Shown piece after piece: positions 33,301 through 45,581 of a stretch of DNA of 64,000 nt. Made by a program: the position numbers and the translations under genes. Position 1 is the first letter of the stretch; each line of letters starts with the position of its first letter. Below the pieces are notes generated by a model. The model ran no database searches. It was given only the letters and a program-made list of their open reading frames with translations, and was not told where the DNA came from. The DNA comes from Epithemia pelagica (lineage: Eukaryota; Protista; Bacillariophyta), in the NCBI GenBank assembly GCA_946965045.2, contig OX337236.1, positions 1 to 64,000 on the forward strand, given 5' to 3'.

Positions 33301-35155
33301 TTGTGCCAACATGGTCAATCGTATTCTGCTCAAGGCCTGTCGCAAAGGACGGTACAAAACCATTGAAGCTGTGGCTGCCGTGGTAGCCGGCTTGCGACGC
33401 CGAGGAGCCGTGGATGTGTCCATCCGGTTGGTAGATTCGGTCCTGGAGGAGCTGCGATGGGCACTGGAACACCCCAACTTTCGAGATCAGCAACGAACCA
33501 TCACCTATGCCAGACTGTTGGGCGAATTGTTTTGTCGAACACAGGTTTCGGGCAAGCTGGTGATTGATCAACTCTATGATTTTATCAATCTAGGCCACGA
33601 AATTCCCCCGGCCCTTCGGGAAGCCTCCAAAAAGTTGGTCGAGGCAGAGAAAACGCAGGAGGGTGATGTGCCATCCAAGTTGCCCGAGTATGATGCTAGT
33701 GCGGCGGTGGCGCATACCATTGCCGAGGATGAAGAAATGGAAGAGACTGAAATGGAGCCACCCAAACAACAGCAAGAGTATGCGCAACCTGTCGCCGTTT
33801 CGGAACATTCCAAGTATGATCCTCGTGTCCCATCCGATGTGGATCCTCCTGGCGCAGCTTACCGAATTAAGCTTGTGTGTACCTTACTCGAAGTATCTAC
33901 TCGGTATTTGGTGAACAAGGCGAACCTGACAGCCTTGCAGGGCTTTTTGACGGCCTTGCAGCGCTATCTGTTCACCAAGCCGATCCTCCCAACCGAGGTG
34001 GAATTTTCGCTTTTGGACACGTTTGATGCCATTGATTCCCAGTGGCGAAAAGCCAGCAAGGCGGCAGCCAGTGGTTCCACGAATGATGGTGCCGCCGCTC
34101 TGGAGGGAGGCTTTCAGCGATACCCCTCGTGGCTCGAAGCTCACAATGCAACCGTGGCAATGGAGGAATCGGATGCACTCGATGCCGGCAAAAAGAGGAG
34201 TGATCTCGAAGCGATTGCCGACAACTCCAAGTCCTTGGAAGATATCATGAGTCGAATGATTGAACAGAATCTTGACGATGAGTCCGTCTCTCACATGGAT
34301 GAGGAGGAGGAAGAAGGGTCTCTTGTGTTTAGTGCCAAGGGAAGCGTTCAAGATCCTTCTCATGGGGAAGAAAGTGAGTCGGAAAACGAAGAAGCAGAGA
34401 ATTCAGACCGAGAGGAGGAGGAAGAGGAGGACCTGGACAGTGAGAATGGCGGTGCGGACTCGGACGACATGGGAAGTGAGGAAGAGTTTGATGAGGAAGC
34501 CTATGCGCGACAGCTCGAAGAAGAAGCGTTTGAACGCGAGTTGCGACGTTTGACAATGGATGCATTGGAGAAAGGGAAAAGTGCTTCACGGAAAGTGGTT
34601 GCTTCCGATATGATCTCGGGGAGTCAAGTCGTCAAGAAAAAGGCACCCGAATCACAAGCCAAGGCGGATACTAATGAGCCGCCTAGTACCAAGATGCCCT
34701 CCTTTGCTCCCAACAGCACCAAATCGGGAGTTACAGTGCAGCTTCTTCGGAAGGGAAACAAGGGCAAGGTGGAAGCCAAAGAGCTTGTGGTTCCCATGGA
34801 GACCAATCTTGCCATTGCGGCAACCCGAAAAGATGCAGCGGCCGCACGAGAACGAGATGAAATCAAATTGCGCGTGTTACAGTACGAGGCTGACAGTGCC
34901 GAGGCCGAACTCACGGGTGGAAACGTGTACTTGGAACAAGAAAAGCTTCAAGTGATTCGCAACAAACCTCTCTCCATTGAAGACATTGACCGAAACTTTG
35001 GTACCACCCGGGGCGATTTGCGCAAGTCGGATTCGGCGAGACCGCCTTCCAGTGTGGCGGGCCGGGTCGTTCGTCCAAACCGTGGTGGACCGGCTAGAGG
35101 CGGTCGAGGAGGTCGAGGATCCGGGCGGTCCGCTAGTGGACGAAGCTTGTTCTAA
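30340..35155 (+). CDS. UPF2: Nonsense-mediated decay factor UPF2; exons 30340-32335, 32422-32978, 33089-35155
   Basis: KKCTAFVKKIK, LNLSRYVEE, FYCDIPD, RLDLLPFYSR, RYIGELTKF, VDIACCLLESCGRFL MIF4G motifs; acidic region and C-terminal Upf2 domain. Both introns join in frame. Confidence 0.95.
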
Positions 35156-35552
35156 TGACGACATGTTATGGTGTACCTTGCATGCTGCAGGTGTTGATTG
35201 TGGATGCTTCATGGATGTATCTTTGTCGGGCGGAGCAAGAACGACTGCATTGTGTCGATGGAGACGGATTCGGACAACCACAAAGGGGCTGATCCTATTA
35301 TAGCGTTTCATAAGCCTAGCTGATTCCAAACAGGAGAAAGACGATTGATGCCTTCATGTGACTGACGAATGGAGTGCGAAATACCTCTAGCAGCTTTGCT
35401 ATTGTGAGCATGCACATGATGTGGAATAAACTAGCAAGGTCTTATGCATGAAGTTCATCTTTCATATATAATTGTATTCGTGTGGAATCGAAAGGGTGGA
35501 CGAGATACTCAACTATATTCGACTGTCTTTTGCGTCGTCGTAGGATTACTCT

Positions 35553-35800
35553 CTAGTGTCTAGTCTACCGGTGTCTGTCCTCATATGAGGACATCATGTC
35601 CAAGATATTAAAGCCTGGCAACCAGTACCAAGATATTAAAGCCTGGCAACCGGTACCAGGACCAAACTAAACCTGAGGAAAACGATGGTGCCATCCATTT
35701 TTCTCTATGCTGCAAAGAATACTATGAACTGAGATGTGCCAAATGTGTCCTCATATGAGGATATGTCCTCATATGAGTAAAATGGTAGACTAGACACTAG
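35553..35800. mobile_element. MITE-like element (~245 bp)
   Basis: Perfect 17-bp terminal inverted repeat CTAGTGTCTAGTCTACC (35553-35569) / GGTAGACTAGACACTAG (35784-35800), which includes a possible TA or CTAG TSD. Internal TGTCCTCATATGAGG palindromes near both ends and a 27-bp tandem duplication. No coding capacity. Confidence 0.75.
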
Positions 35801-36090
35801 CTTGATAGAGATAGCACAGATAGCGGCCCCAAAGTCTGTCCGCCGCGCGAGAGGTACGCACGGACTTCGCGATGGCAAGCACCTCATCTTTTGTCATCAC
35901 CGTACGTCTCAAGTCGATCATCTCGTCGTCTTGGTTTCGAAACGGTCTGGATTCTGGATGGCATTCGACGGAAATTTCGATATCGTTGAATAAACAACAA
36001 ACCCATAGCCCTCTCTCAAGTGTGATCCCAAAGAAAGAGAGAACGAGCTCTTTGTGTGTGTGGTCGAGCAAGTTTCGATTGTCATACAGA

Positions 36091-38135
36091 ATGGTCAACC
36101 TGACAAAGTTTTTCATCCTCGTAATGACTTGGACAACAACAACGACAGCATGGATGGCTCCACTCTTGCGACGAGGTAGTATACTCCGCTCGAAAAGAAC
36201 AGTGGTTCCATCCGCCTGGATACCCTCCTCCAAAACACTTTCTCATCGAATGATGGGTGGTGATGTCACTTCTCCGATGCCAAGACATTCTGGCCTGCTG
36301 TCGTCACGGCTCTGGTCCTCGTCGTCGTCGTCATCGTCTTCGACCACTGCCACGACGCCAGAAGGAGGAGGAGGAGAAGAGAAATCGGAGGAAGAAAAGG
36401 CACGCATCAAAGCAGAACGTGAGGCACGAAAGTAGGTTCCAAAAACGAGAGATTTGGCGTCCGACGAGTATATTGTGGCTGCCATTCTCACAATCCTCTG
36501 TCGTGTGTGTTGTGTTGTTGTTGTTGTCGTTTTTGTGATGGTTGTTGTCGTTGCAGAGCTGAAAAGGAACGTCTCAAACTGGAGAAAAAGGCCAAAAAAG
36601 GGGCCGAACGACTCGCCCAAGAGGCGGCCGAAGCAATTCACGACGTTACGTATCTTTCCTACGACGAACAGGATACGTATGCGGCCATGGGAAATCTCAC
36701 ACGGGTCATGTCCCGCAGTCGAACGGAACGACCCTTTCAACAAGTATCCGATTTGGAACAAGCCCAAGCGGGAGACAAGGTATGGGTCCGGGGTCGGTTG
36801 AATTCGATTCGACTCAAGGGAGGATCTTGTTTTCTTGTCATTCGACAGGATGCCTTTCATACCGTCCAAGTATGTTACTTTAAGAACAAGGAAAATCCAG
36901 AATCGTCCAAGAAAATGATCAAATACTTGAAATCTCTCACGCTCGAAAGTATTATTGACGTGGAAGGAACACTGGTGGAAGCCGACGTGCGGTCCTGTTC
37001 CATCAAACACTTTGAAATTGCCCTCGAACGAGTCTATGGGGTATCCACTGCTAGCGCAATGTTGCCCTTTCTCGTGGAGGATGCGGCGCGATCGGAACAG
37101 GAAGTGGAGGAATCGCAAAATAATGAACGACCCTTTCCTCGTTTAGGTCAGGAAATACGATTGGATCATCGTTGGATGGATTTGCGTGTACCGGCCAACA
37201 ATGCTATTATGAGAATTCAATCGGCAGTCTGTCAGCTCTTTCGAGAATCCTTGTACGCACAAGGATTTTGTGAAATTCACACCCCCAAACTCATTGCGGG
37301 AGAAAGCGAAAGTGGAGCCGGTGTCTTTACGACCGATTACTTTGGCACCACGGCTTGTTTGGCCCAATCGCCCCAACTCTACAAGCAAATGGCCATTTCG
37401 TCGGATTTGAATCGCGTCTTTGAAGTGGGACCCGTCTTTCGTGCCGAACAATCCCATACACGTCGTCACTTGTGTGAATTCACCGGTTTGGATCTCGAAA
37501 TGGCCATCAACGATCACTACATGGAAGCCTTGGAAGTCATTCACAACATGTTTACCCACATCTTTGAAGGACTCGAAACACGATGGGCGAAGGAGTTACA
37601 AGTGATTCGGGAGCAATACGAATCGGAACCTGTCACCTTTACCCAACAACCCTGTGTCATTCATTGGCCCGAAGCCATGGAAATTTTAAAGGACCAAGGG
37701 TTTGATATTGGGGATGGTATGGGCGATTTGAATGGCGCCATGGAGTTGGCCTTGGGCAAGGTGGTCAAGGAGAAATATGGGACGGATTTTTTCATGTTGG
37801 ACAAGTATCCGTCCGCCATTCGACCCTTTTATACCATGCCGGATCCAGAAGATGGTCGATTTTCTAATTCGTACGATATCTTTTTGCGAGGATTGGAAAT
37901 TTGCAGCGGCGCCCAACGATGTCACGATCCCGATTTGGTCCTGGAAATTCTCGAGGAAAAGGGCATTGAGGCCGGAGAAGGCCTCCAGGCCTACATTGAA
38001 TCCTTTCGTCATGGGGTCTGTCCCCATGCCGGAGCTGGAATTGGATTGGAACGTGTCGTCTTTTTGTACCTGGGCTTGGACAATGTTCGAAAGGCATCCA
38101 TGTTCCCTCGTGATCCAAACCGTTGTACACCATAA
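36091..38135 (+). CDS. DARS1: Aspartyl-tRNA synthetase, eukaryotic cytosolic type, with N-terminal signal/transit-like extension; exons 36091-36431 and 36557-38135
   Basis: OB fold VWVRGRL..IR; motif 1 EIHTPKL; CLAQSPQLYKQM; motif 2 FRAEQSHTRRHLCEF; YDIFLRGLEICSGAQR; motif 3 GIGLERV. Confidence 0.95.
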
Positions 38136-38877
38136 TGGGGGGACGCCACTCTTTGAAACTTGTTCGAATCTCATTGTTATTATCTGCGCACCAACATATA
38201 GAACCTCCGAAACAAATATTGTTGCCTTCAGTTGCCTTGCCTTCACGCCCTGAATTCTCAATATGGACAGGAGCTACACGTACAGTATACGCAATAGGCA
38301 TTGTCCCTTCCATGGTTCTATATATATACGTATATACGGCATAGTCCACCTATGAGACAAACAGCCGACACGATCGTATGGACCGGCATGCCACTCGTTC
38401 CGTGACGCATGGTGTTTTCCTTCGTCTTTGGTGCCAATCCGTCTTTGGATCGATCCCTATTACTAATAGAGCTCGGCCAACGTGTGTGTGTGTGAGGCTC
38501 ATGGGCCGCCAATCCTCTCTCGAATCTGCCCTTGTTTTTGGCGTTTGGATGGGAACCCAGGAGCGCAATGCCGAGAGACATTGTTTCTCTCGCTCTCTCA
38601 CTTTCCTACTATTAGAGCCGAATGGTTGTCTGTTCCATCACACGGCCCCACCAAATCCTACGGGAGTGGAGGATAACGCGCTCAAGTTCCTGGAAGAACT
38701 CAATCTTTCTAGGTACTTAATAGAAGTCCAATCGACAAAAGGGCCTTGTGTGCAAATGAGTTTTCCAACACTGTGTGATTCGCTAGCGCTCTCCAATCGT
38801 TTCGGTGCTGGCGCATTGTGGTTTCTTCTTCTTCTGGATTGGAACTCAGGAGCGATTCCAAGAGACATGCCTCTCTT

Positions 38878-40734
38878 TCACTCGTTTTCGTCGTCGTTGT
38901 CGTCGTCGTTTTGGGCATGGCGCTTGGACTTGTAATCCTTCCAAAAGGCCACATTCCGATAGGGTTTTTGATAAGTTTGCAGATTGTCGGGAGGATGGTA
39001 CCAATAATTTACGGCCAAGTGAATCGAATCGTCGTTCCGATCCTTCTTCCTGATTGTAGTGGTTGTAGTACGGGGCGTGGAGCCATTCGACGACAAGACT
39101 GCGGATGACGAAAAGACGCAATGAAACCAACTCGCTGGTAAATACAAACATTGTCCTGCCTTCAACTGGACTTGCAAGGGTGGATCCAAATTTGGTACCT
39201 GACCATTGGAGGGATAGGGATCAATGGTGGAAAAGTTGCAGGGACGTGGTCGTGATGATGATGATGTCTGTTTCAGTGGTTTTGGTTCACTGGGTTCTGG
39301 TTCTTCTGTTTCGTTTGGTGGCGGTGGTCTCAAGACCTGATGCTGTTCCTGGTCGCTCTGGGATTCCTCCAGTGGTCCACGCTTTCGCATCGTAGTGTGG
39401 AGTTGTTGCATCATCATCATGGTTTCCTGCTTCAGGGCCACTGGATCGTCGTCCTCGTCACTGCTGGCATAGTCAAAGCCCTTGCCCAATACCACTTCTT
39501 CTTCTTCGTCGTCATCGTCCTCCTCTTGTTCACTGTCATCCTCCTTGTCATCTTGCCATGAAGAATCTTGTTTGTGGTCGTTGGAAACGTCCTTCTCTTG
39601 TTCTTGTCGTTCTTGCTGTTGGGCAAGTTGGAGGGGTACCCCATCGGCTCGTGTGGGATTGCTCGTATAGGAACGCAACCCATTGTCATGAATGCACTGC
39701 AAGGTTCCATGGACGGGAATATTTGGAGTCTGAGGTGGATACAAGCAAAACCGTTTGGATCCAGCCTGCAAGACGTAGAAATTGTCGTGAAAATCATGAT
39801 GCAAGCCACTGTTGGTGCTGCTTGTGGTCGTCGTCGAATTCGTAGTAGTAGGACGAGTGGCACCCATCCACACATTGATGGATTCCAAACACAAGTGACC
39901 GGCCAAGGGGAATTGGGGTGGAATGAGAGGCTGTTGCTGCTGCTGCTGCTGCTCCTGCTGCGGCACGACACCTGCATCCTCCATTGGGTTCTTTTCCGGC
40001 GGGCGAGTAATGGTTGCTTTCAAGAGTGTATGCTCCATAAAGTCTTGATAGTACGATCCCTGTTGCGTCGACAAGTACCATTGGTCACAGTCGTCGTCAG
40101 GTTGGTTGGACGGTCGCAATTTCTGCAGCAATTCACGAACCGTCATGGTTTGGAGAAACTCAGAGGATCGATCTTGACCAAACGTGGCTTGGGATGTGGA
40201 TCGATGTTCCACTTGGACACGACAGGAACCGGCATGGTGCTCGAGCAAGTCAGGTGTGACTCGTGGCAACAAGGTGTGGTTGTCCTGTTGTTGTTGTTGT
40301 AGATTGGTCGTGGAAGAAGAAGACGAAGACAGGTCAATGCAGTTATCCAAAATACAAGGACGTCGGAGTGCCACAAAGCGATGAAAGAATTCTTCGGCCG
40401 AAATGGAATTCCACGAAATGCGTTCCACGGTTGTCGTCGCTGTCGCGGTCGATCCAGATGGTGTTGTTGTTCTTGGATCTGTTGTTGTTGTTGTCTCGTG
40501 ATGTTCTTCTTCTTCTTCTTTTGGTTCATGGTCAATTCTCGAGGATGAGCATGATGGATCCTGCTGTTCGAGTCGGTGTTTGTCCTTGGTCTTTTGGGGG
40601 GGGTTCGTCGTCGTGCGCAATTCTTCCTGGCTGTGGTTGCTGTGACTCGGATCGTTCCTCGGTCGTTTCTTGTTCTTATTCTTGTGGTTGGGTAACGGAA
40701 ACGAAGGATCCGAATGGTTGTTGTTGTTCATCAT
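38878..40734 (-). CDS. JmjC/cupin-like 2-oxoglutarate-Fe(II) oxygenase
   Basis: F..RFVALRRPCI; NVWMG; SGLHHDFHDNFYVLQAGSKRFCLYPP (HxD); LKAGQCLYLPASWFHCV (distal H); VNYWY. Confidence 0.9.
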   Translation of the reverse strand: MMNNNNHSDPSFPLPNHKNKNKKRPRNDPSHSNHSQEELRTTTNPPQKTKDKHRLEQQDPSCSSSRIDHEPKEEEEEHHETTTTTDPRTTTPSGSTATATTTVERISWNSISAEEFFHRFVALRRPCILDNCIDLSSSSSSTTNLQQQQQDNHTLLPRVTPDLLEHHAGSCRVQVEHRSTSQATFGQDRSSEFLQTMTVRELLQKLRPSNQPDDDCDQWYLSTQQGSYYQDFMEHTLLKATITRPPEKNPMEDAGVVPQQEQQQQQQQPLIPPQFPLAGHLCLESINVWMGATRPTTTNSTTTTSSTNSGLHHDFHDNFYVLQAGSKRFCLYPPQTPNIPVHGTLQCIHDNGLRSYTSNPTRADGVPLQLAQQQERQEQEKDVSNDHKQDSSWQDDKEDDSEQEEDDDDEEEEVVLGKGFDYASSDEDDDPVALKQETMMMMQQLHTTMRKRGPLEESQSDQEQHQVLRPPPPNETEEPEPSEPKPLKQTSSSSRPRPCNFSTIDPYPSNGQVPNLDPPLQVQLKAGQCLYLPASWFHCVFSSSAVLSSNGSTPRTTTTTIRKKDRNDDSIHLAVNYWYHPPDNLQTYQKPYRNVAFWKDYKSKRHAQNDDDNDDENE

Positions 40735-41245
40735 GGTGGTTTGCGTCCTGTCCAGAGCCGATCTTTTTTTGGTCTCCCAGATCCATCGTTCTGCGATTCA
40801 TGGGCGACTTGGACACCCAACCAAAACCAGCGATCGAAACGCGACCTATGTTTTATTCGAGAATGTTCGACGACACCCACACGTCACAGATGAGGTGTGA
40901 CGTGCGACGATGATGAGCGAGAGGCCAAAAGACAATGGATGAAAGCAGAAAGCACGAAAGGTCTTTAAACAAAAAGCAAAACACCAAGTGGTGGAACAGG
41001 AGGAGCAACTGAAAACACACGGCTTGAGAGAAGGCTCGCACTCTCAACCAAAATGTGTTGTATTGCGCTCGCTGTTGTGCATCCACTCCTCCACAGTGGT
41101 GACCTTCCATGCTTGGTGGAACGCCGTTGTCCAGCGACAAGTCTGGTAATGTTGCTGCATGGTTGCGAGAAGAAGCGCAGAGAGCGCAATACCTCGCTCA
41201 AAACTTCTCCTTCCATGATCTTTTGAACGACTCTGTTATACCAAT

Positions 41246-41328
41246 AATGGGAAACGCTCCTGGGATTCAAATCGCCTGGAATGATGGAAACATTCCAGGC
41301 GATTGGAATCCCAAGAGCGTTTCCCATT
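41246..41328. repeat. Near-perfect hairpin: 38-bp arms (2 mismatches), 7-nt loop
   Basis: aatgggaaacgctcctgggattcaaatcgcctggaatg-atggaaa-cattccaggcgattggaatcccaagagcgtttcccatt. Confidence 0.9.
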
Positions 41329-41606
41329 GAAGTATCAACATGAACTAGAACTTCAGGTTCATGTTCGTTCGCTTGTGGAGGATGCAAGTGTATGTTGGGC
41401 TGTCATCCACTTTTCGAGTCGTCCATGGAGTTTTCATCATGACATGACAGTGGTCCCGGCCGATTCGCAGATTTTGACCTCAATTACAAAGAGTATCAGA
41501 CTGCGAGGACTCCAACACAGTCAGACAATCTTTGTGATTGACGTCAAATCTCGACGATTCGTAAAGCCTGATTGCTTGATGGACTTTACGTATAACCAGA
41601 TTTGGA

Positions 41607-41638
41607 TTGACAAGTACAAATCGATTTGTACTTGTCAA
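41607..41638. repeat. Perfect 32-bp palindrome
   Basis: TTGACAAGTACAAATCGATTTGTACTTGTCAA equals its own reverse complement. Confidence 0.95.
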
Positions 41639-41991
41639 AACAAATATGGTTGTGCTTAGTGTTCTGTCCATGACGCAATCCGGTATAACGAATCCAATGG
41701 GCGCCATTTGTAGTCTCAGTGAGCTCCGACTGGTATCCTTGGACTTCAGGGAGAAGCACATGTTCAACGCCGCGAAAGGTAAGCTAAACACTAGAATGGT
41801 GAAAATGTGGCACGAGAAACGACATGACATCAGGAAATAGCCAACAAGTTCTGATTCCAAGCGGCAGCGTCTATCGGAGAAGAGCAAAGAGTTTTACTTC
41901 GGAAGTCAGCTCTACCTATTAGGTGCTAGAAGAATCCTAGGAATCTACATCCATCAATCCATCACGAGGCTTTGTTCTCTCGTTGACCTCT

Positions 41992-42891
41992 CTATGGTGG
42001 AGGACACTCTTCGTCTCTCCAGACTTCTTCTTCAAGATCCTCTTCGTATCCCCAGACTTCTTTTTCAGTCAAGCCAAAGCGTTCCATGATTCTGTCACGT
42101 TCACTTTCAAAATGCCACGCGTCCTCCAAGGCATCAAAAGCGCGGTAACTACCGCTTGCTTCGTAGTTCATGACGGCACTGCCCAAGGGTGAGCCCGCCC
42201 TGAGTGATTCCAGAGCCAGTTGTCGTAGTTCTACTGTCCATTTTTTCTTGATTGATTCAATCTCGTCCACAATTGGCACCGTGAACAATCTCTCCAGTCC
42301 ACTACGTGGTAGTTGGAATGGAACAAGCCAATCGATTTCGTCCTCCATCAGCACTAGACTTAGACCTTGTTTCGAAAGTTCCCAATTGGTCACACCACTC
42401 AAGCTGTCATAGTAGTACACAGCGTCATCGTCGCCACAAAGGATCCTTTCCACTTGGCTTAGGAAATCTTCTTGAAAGTCCAGACCAAACCATAGTTGGT
42501 CCCTCTCAAATTCCACTACTACTGCTTTCGTTTCGCCTTCTTCTCCTTTTCTTTGAAGATGCAACTTATCAAACTCCAGACTTCCCATTATGCCAATGCT
42601 GGGCCAGTTATACTCTTTGGTAAGACAAAAGTACGCATCTCTGTCCAAATGCCAACGTAGCGTCTCCAAAACAACGCCCTCTGCATCGTTGGACTTTCTC
42701 ACTTGGTACGAGACTGTTCGGCGTGAGGAGGATGATACGCAAACTTGTGACATCGTCGTTCCGCCCAACCAAAACCACTGTTGCGTGGATGGTTGTTGCA
42801 GCTGCTGCTTCCATACTGCAGTCGACGACGACAAGCAAGTTGTCGTTGCGGTCGAGCCTCTCCACAACCGCGGAAGGAACCGAGACGACAT
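41992..42891 (-). CDS. Hypothetical protein (299 aa), possible mitochondrial-type presequence
   Basis: ATG-initiated ORF with R/S/T-rich N-terminus and a globular-looking body. No family recognised. Confidence 0.6.
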   Translation of the reverse strand: MSSRFLPRLWRGSTATTTCLSSSTAVWKQQLQQPSTQQWFWLGGTTMSQVCVSSSSRRTVSYQVRKSNDAEGVVLETLRWHLDRDAYFCLTKEYNWPSIGIMGSLEFDKLHLQRKGEEGETKAVVVEFERDQLWFGLDFQEDFLSQVERILCGDDDAVYYYDSLSGVTNWELSKQGLSLVLMEDEIDWLVPFQLPRSGLERLFTVPIVDEIESIKKKWTVELRQLALESLRAGSPLGSAVMNYEASGSYRAFDALEDAWHFESERDRIMERFGLTEKEVWGYEEDLEEEVWRDEECPPP

Positions 42892-43203
42892 GATAGAGTT
42901 TTGAGGAGTAATTGTTCAACTGGGGTCGTAGGCAAAAAAGTGGGACTTTTAGGTGAAGCTTTCAGGGGATCGCAAGTTTCCTCTAATACTTGGATCCAGA
43001 TAGCTGTTGTTGTTAGCTATCATTCCCGCGCGGAATGAATAAACGCGTATCATCTGTGAGTAGACGTGACTCTAAGAACAGGACAAGGACGACTGAAGGG
43101 GTGATGTCTCCATTTGTACCAGAATCATTTCCGACAGATAGTTCTATACAGAATGGCCATCATTACTCTCTATAGCATAGAATAGACTTGGTCCAATGAG
43201 TTG

Positions 43204-45581
43204 CTACCCGACGAGGTGCTGGATGGGTTCACTGAAAAATGTTGGCGTGTTTGTGGGACGGTGTTCCGAGCATCGTCGAGCGAAACTATCGTATAGTTTC
43301 TGGACACGGTCCATCTCTTTGGTCGTTGAGCCCTCACTTTTTGTCTCGGTATCGGAGTCGTCAGTATCACTGCACTCATCCAAGTCTTGCAAGTCAGCGA
43401 GATCAAACAACACCAACTGCTCTTTACCGTTTTCTTTGAAAATTCCGACATGGCGCCATCGAGCATCCCAGGTATGGTACAGTTTGCCGATCCTGTCCTT
43501 CATATTCCTGAGAGCCGATCGAACACCATCCAATCGCTTCGGTCGATCGTCGTTGGGAATGGGATCAAACATTGGCATGACGACCGCATGGTAACCACAC
43601 ATTTTGATTTGTCGGACTCGTCCTTCCAAAAAGGCGTAGCATCTCTCTAGATTTTCCTTCTCTTTACGAGCACCGGTTTCTGCGTCGTCGTCGTCCTCGT
43701 CGCCGTTCATGACTTTGATCGCAACCGGGTTTCCCATATGATCGAGCGCCTGAAAGGTGTTGGATTTGGTTCCTTGGCCGAGGCTTGCAATCACAAAATA
43801 CATCCCGTCGTTGGATGGGATGGCAGTCCCGTCTCCGTCTCGAGGTGGCTTCTTCACTTTAACATGGATCGAGTTGCCAATTGTCGCCTCCAGTGGACCC
43901 CAACGCCCGTCGCCATCACTGCCACAGATAGACAGTGCTCTGGAGAAATAGTACCTTTTCCCAATATGGAGTTTGTAGGTTTTCTTTTCGAATTTTCGGT
44001 AGGCGTTCTTGGACATCTTCAAAGCTGTATACACAAGCTTGATAAGCTCGTGAGCCTTGTAATCGTGTTTCGAAACGTAGAGCTTTGGCTCAATCAAGTT
44101 TTTCGTGAACATTCCATTTTGCTCGCAGTCCGAGCAAAATGGAATGTTCACAAAAATCTCCATAGAGCTTAACATTCTATTTTCCTCGGAATGCGAGGGT
44201 TCAAACTTTGTAGTAGAGTATGATTGAGTCTCCTTATCCAGAAAAGGCGGCGCGTCAGTATTCTCCAGGTTGGTAATTCGGACTGATGGAGATTTCTTCT
44301 TTTGGGGCGGAGATTGCGACTGCGGCGACAGGACCGATTCGCCCTTGTCCTCAATTTCCTGGTGTTCTCCTTTTTGCTTGCTGTTCTGTTGGGTCATAGC
44401 TGAACCATCCTCAATTTCCATTTCACTTTTGTCTTGGTAGCTATTAGAGTCAGGGTGGGTGAAATCATCCGCTCGTAAGGAACCGAGAAACGACTCCTCA
44501 AACAAAGTCACCAATACCATATCCGTTCCGACGTTGAATGCTTTCCTTGCCATTGCATGTTGGAACGCATGACCTACGACCTTCGCACAAGTCCTCAACT
44601 GTCGCTGCCGTGGATGCTTGACCACGATCGCAATCAACCCAACGTCATCTCGGCCACGTACTACCAACAAGTCGGCTCGACAACTAAAAAGGCTCCGTTC
44701 AAATCTTAACACAAGGCTGTCGTCTTCGAAGTACCCTTCCACGTTTAGTATTCCGATTGCGTCTTGAACAGCAAGTGAAACAAGGTTACGAATGTCAGCT
44801 TCGCTCTGGTAAGAGATGGGAGAATCCCGAAACCTTAAATAAGCGTCGACATGAATTTGTAATACGCCTCAAGATTTCGTTTCTTTAATTCCTTGATATT
44901 GGGCTCCAAAAGTTGAAAGTCTGCAATTTCGGTTGTCGTTGCCTCTTCATGGGATTGTTCGTTGGTATATCTAAAATCGCTTTTGGAGACCAAGTCAAAG
45001 TCTCCCTCTTTTGCATTCATCAACGCCTTCGGACTAATCAGCTTAGCATTGTGAAGACAAAGACGGTATCGCTCTTTTTCTATGTCCGTCATTTCTGAGT
45101 CACTGTCCGCTCCTTCTTTCAGTTTCTTGCGGGGAGGAGCTTGTTGAGCGAAGGATGCTGATTCTGCATCGGTTGGTTGACTCTGGCAATGCATGATAGA
45201 AGGAGCGCGAAGAAGAGCCTGGCGCCGAACAAGCAAACGAATCAACCCGGATAGCTGCAAAGCGTCGTTCCCGATCCCAAGACGAGACATTGCCTGGTCT
45301 TGCTCCTCCTCTGGCATCTGCCGAGCAAGCAAACGATAAAACTCTGCTTGCTGTAACGCGTAGTTTCTGATCTCAAGCCGCGACAATACATCGTCTTGCT
45401 GCTCAACTGGCATCAAAGACACTTGGTTTCGAGCCAGGAAACGAAAAAACCCTGTCAGCTGTAACGCGTCATTTCCGATCCCAAGCCGCGACATCACCTT
45501 GTCTTGCTCTTCAGCTGTCATCAACGACACTTGGTCCACGGATAGACCCATGTCGTTGAGTTTACCCGCCCAGTCCGTCAT
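43204..45581 (-). pseudogene. Crinkler-like gene, copy A: helical/SAM-like repeats + degenerate PD-(D/E)xK-like domain + kinase-like domain; one stop/frameshift near 44835
   Basis: ORFs 44835-45581 and 43204-44742 are collinear with copy B. Kinase-like motifs LGQGTKSNTF, VAIK, KEKEN, WDARWRHVG, LFDL. REase-like RADLLVV...IAIVVKHP. Confidence 0.65.
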
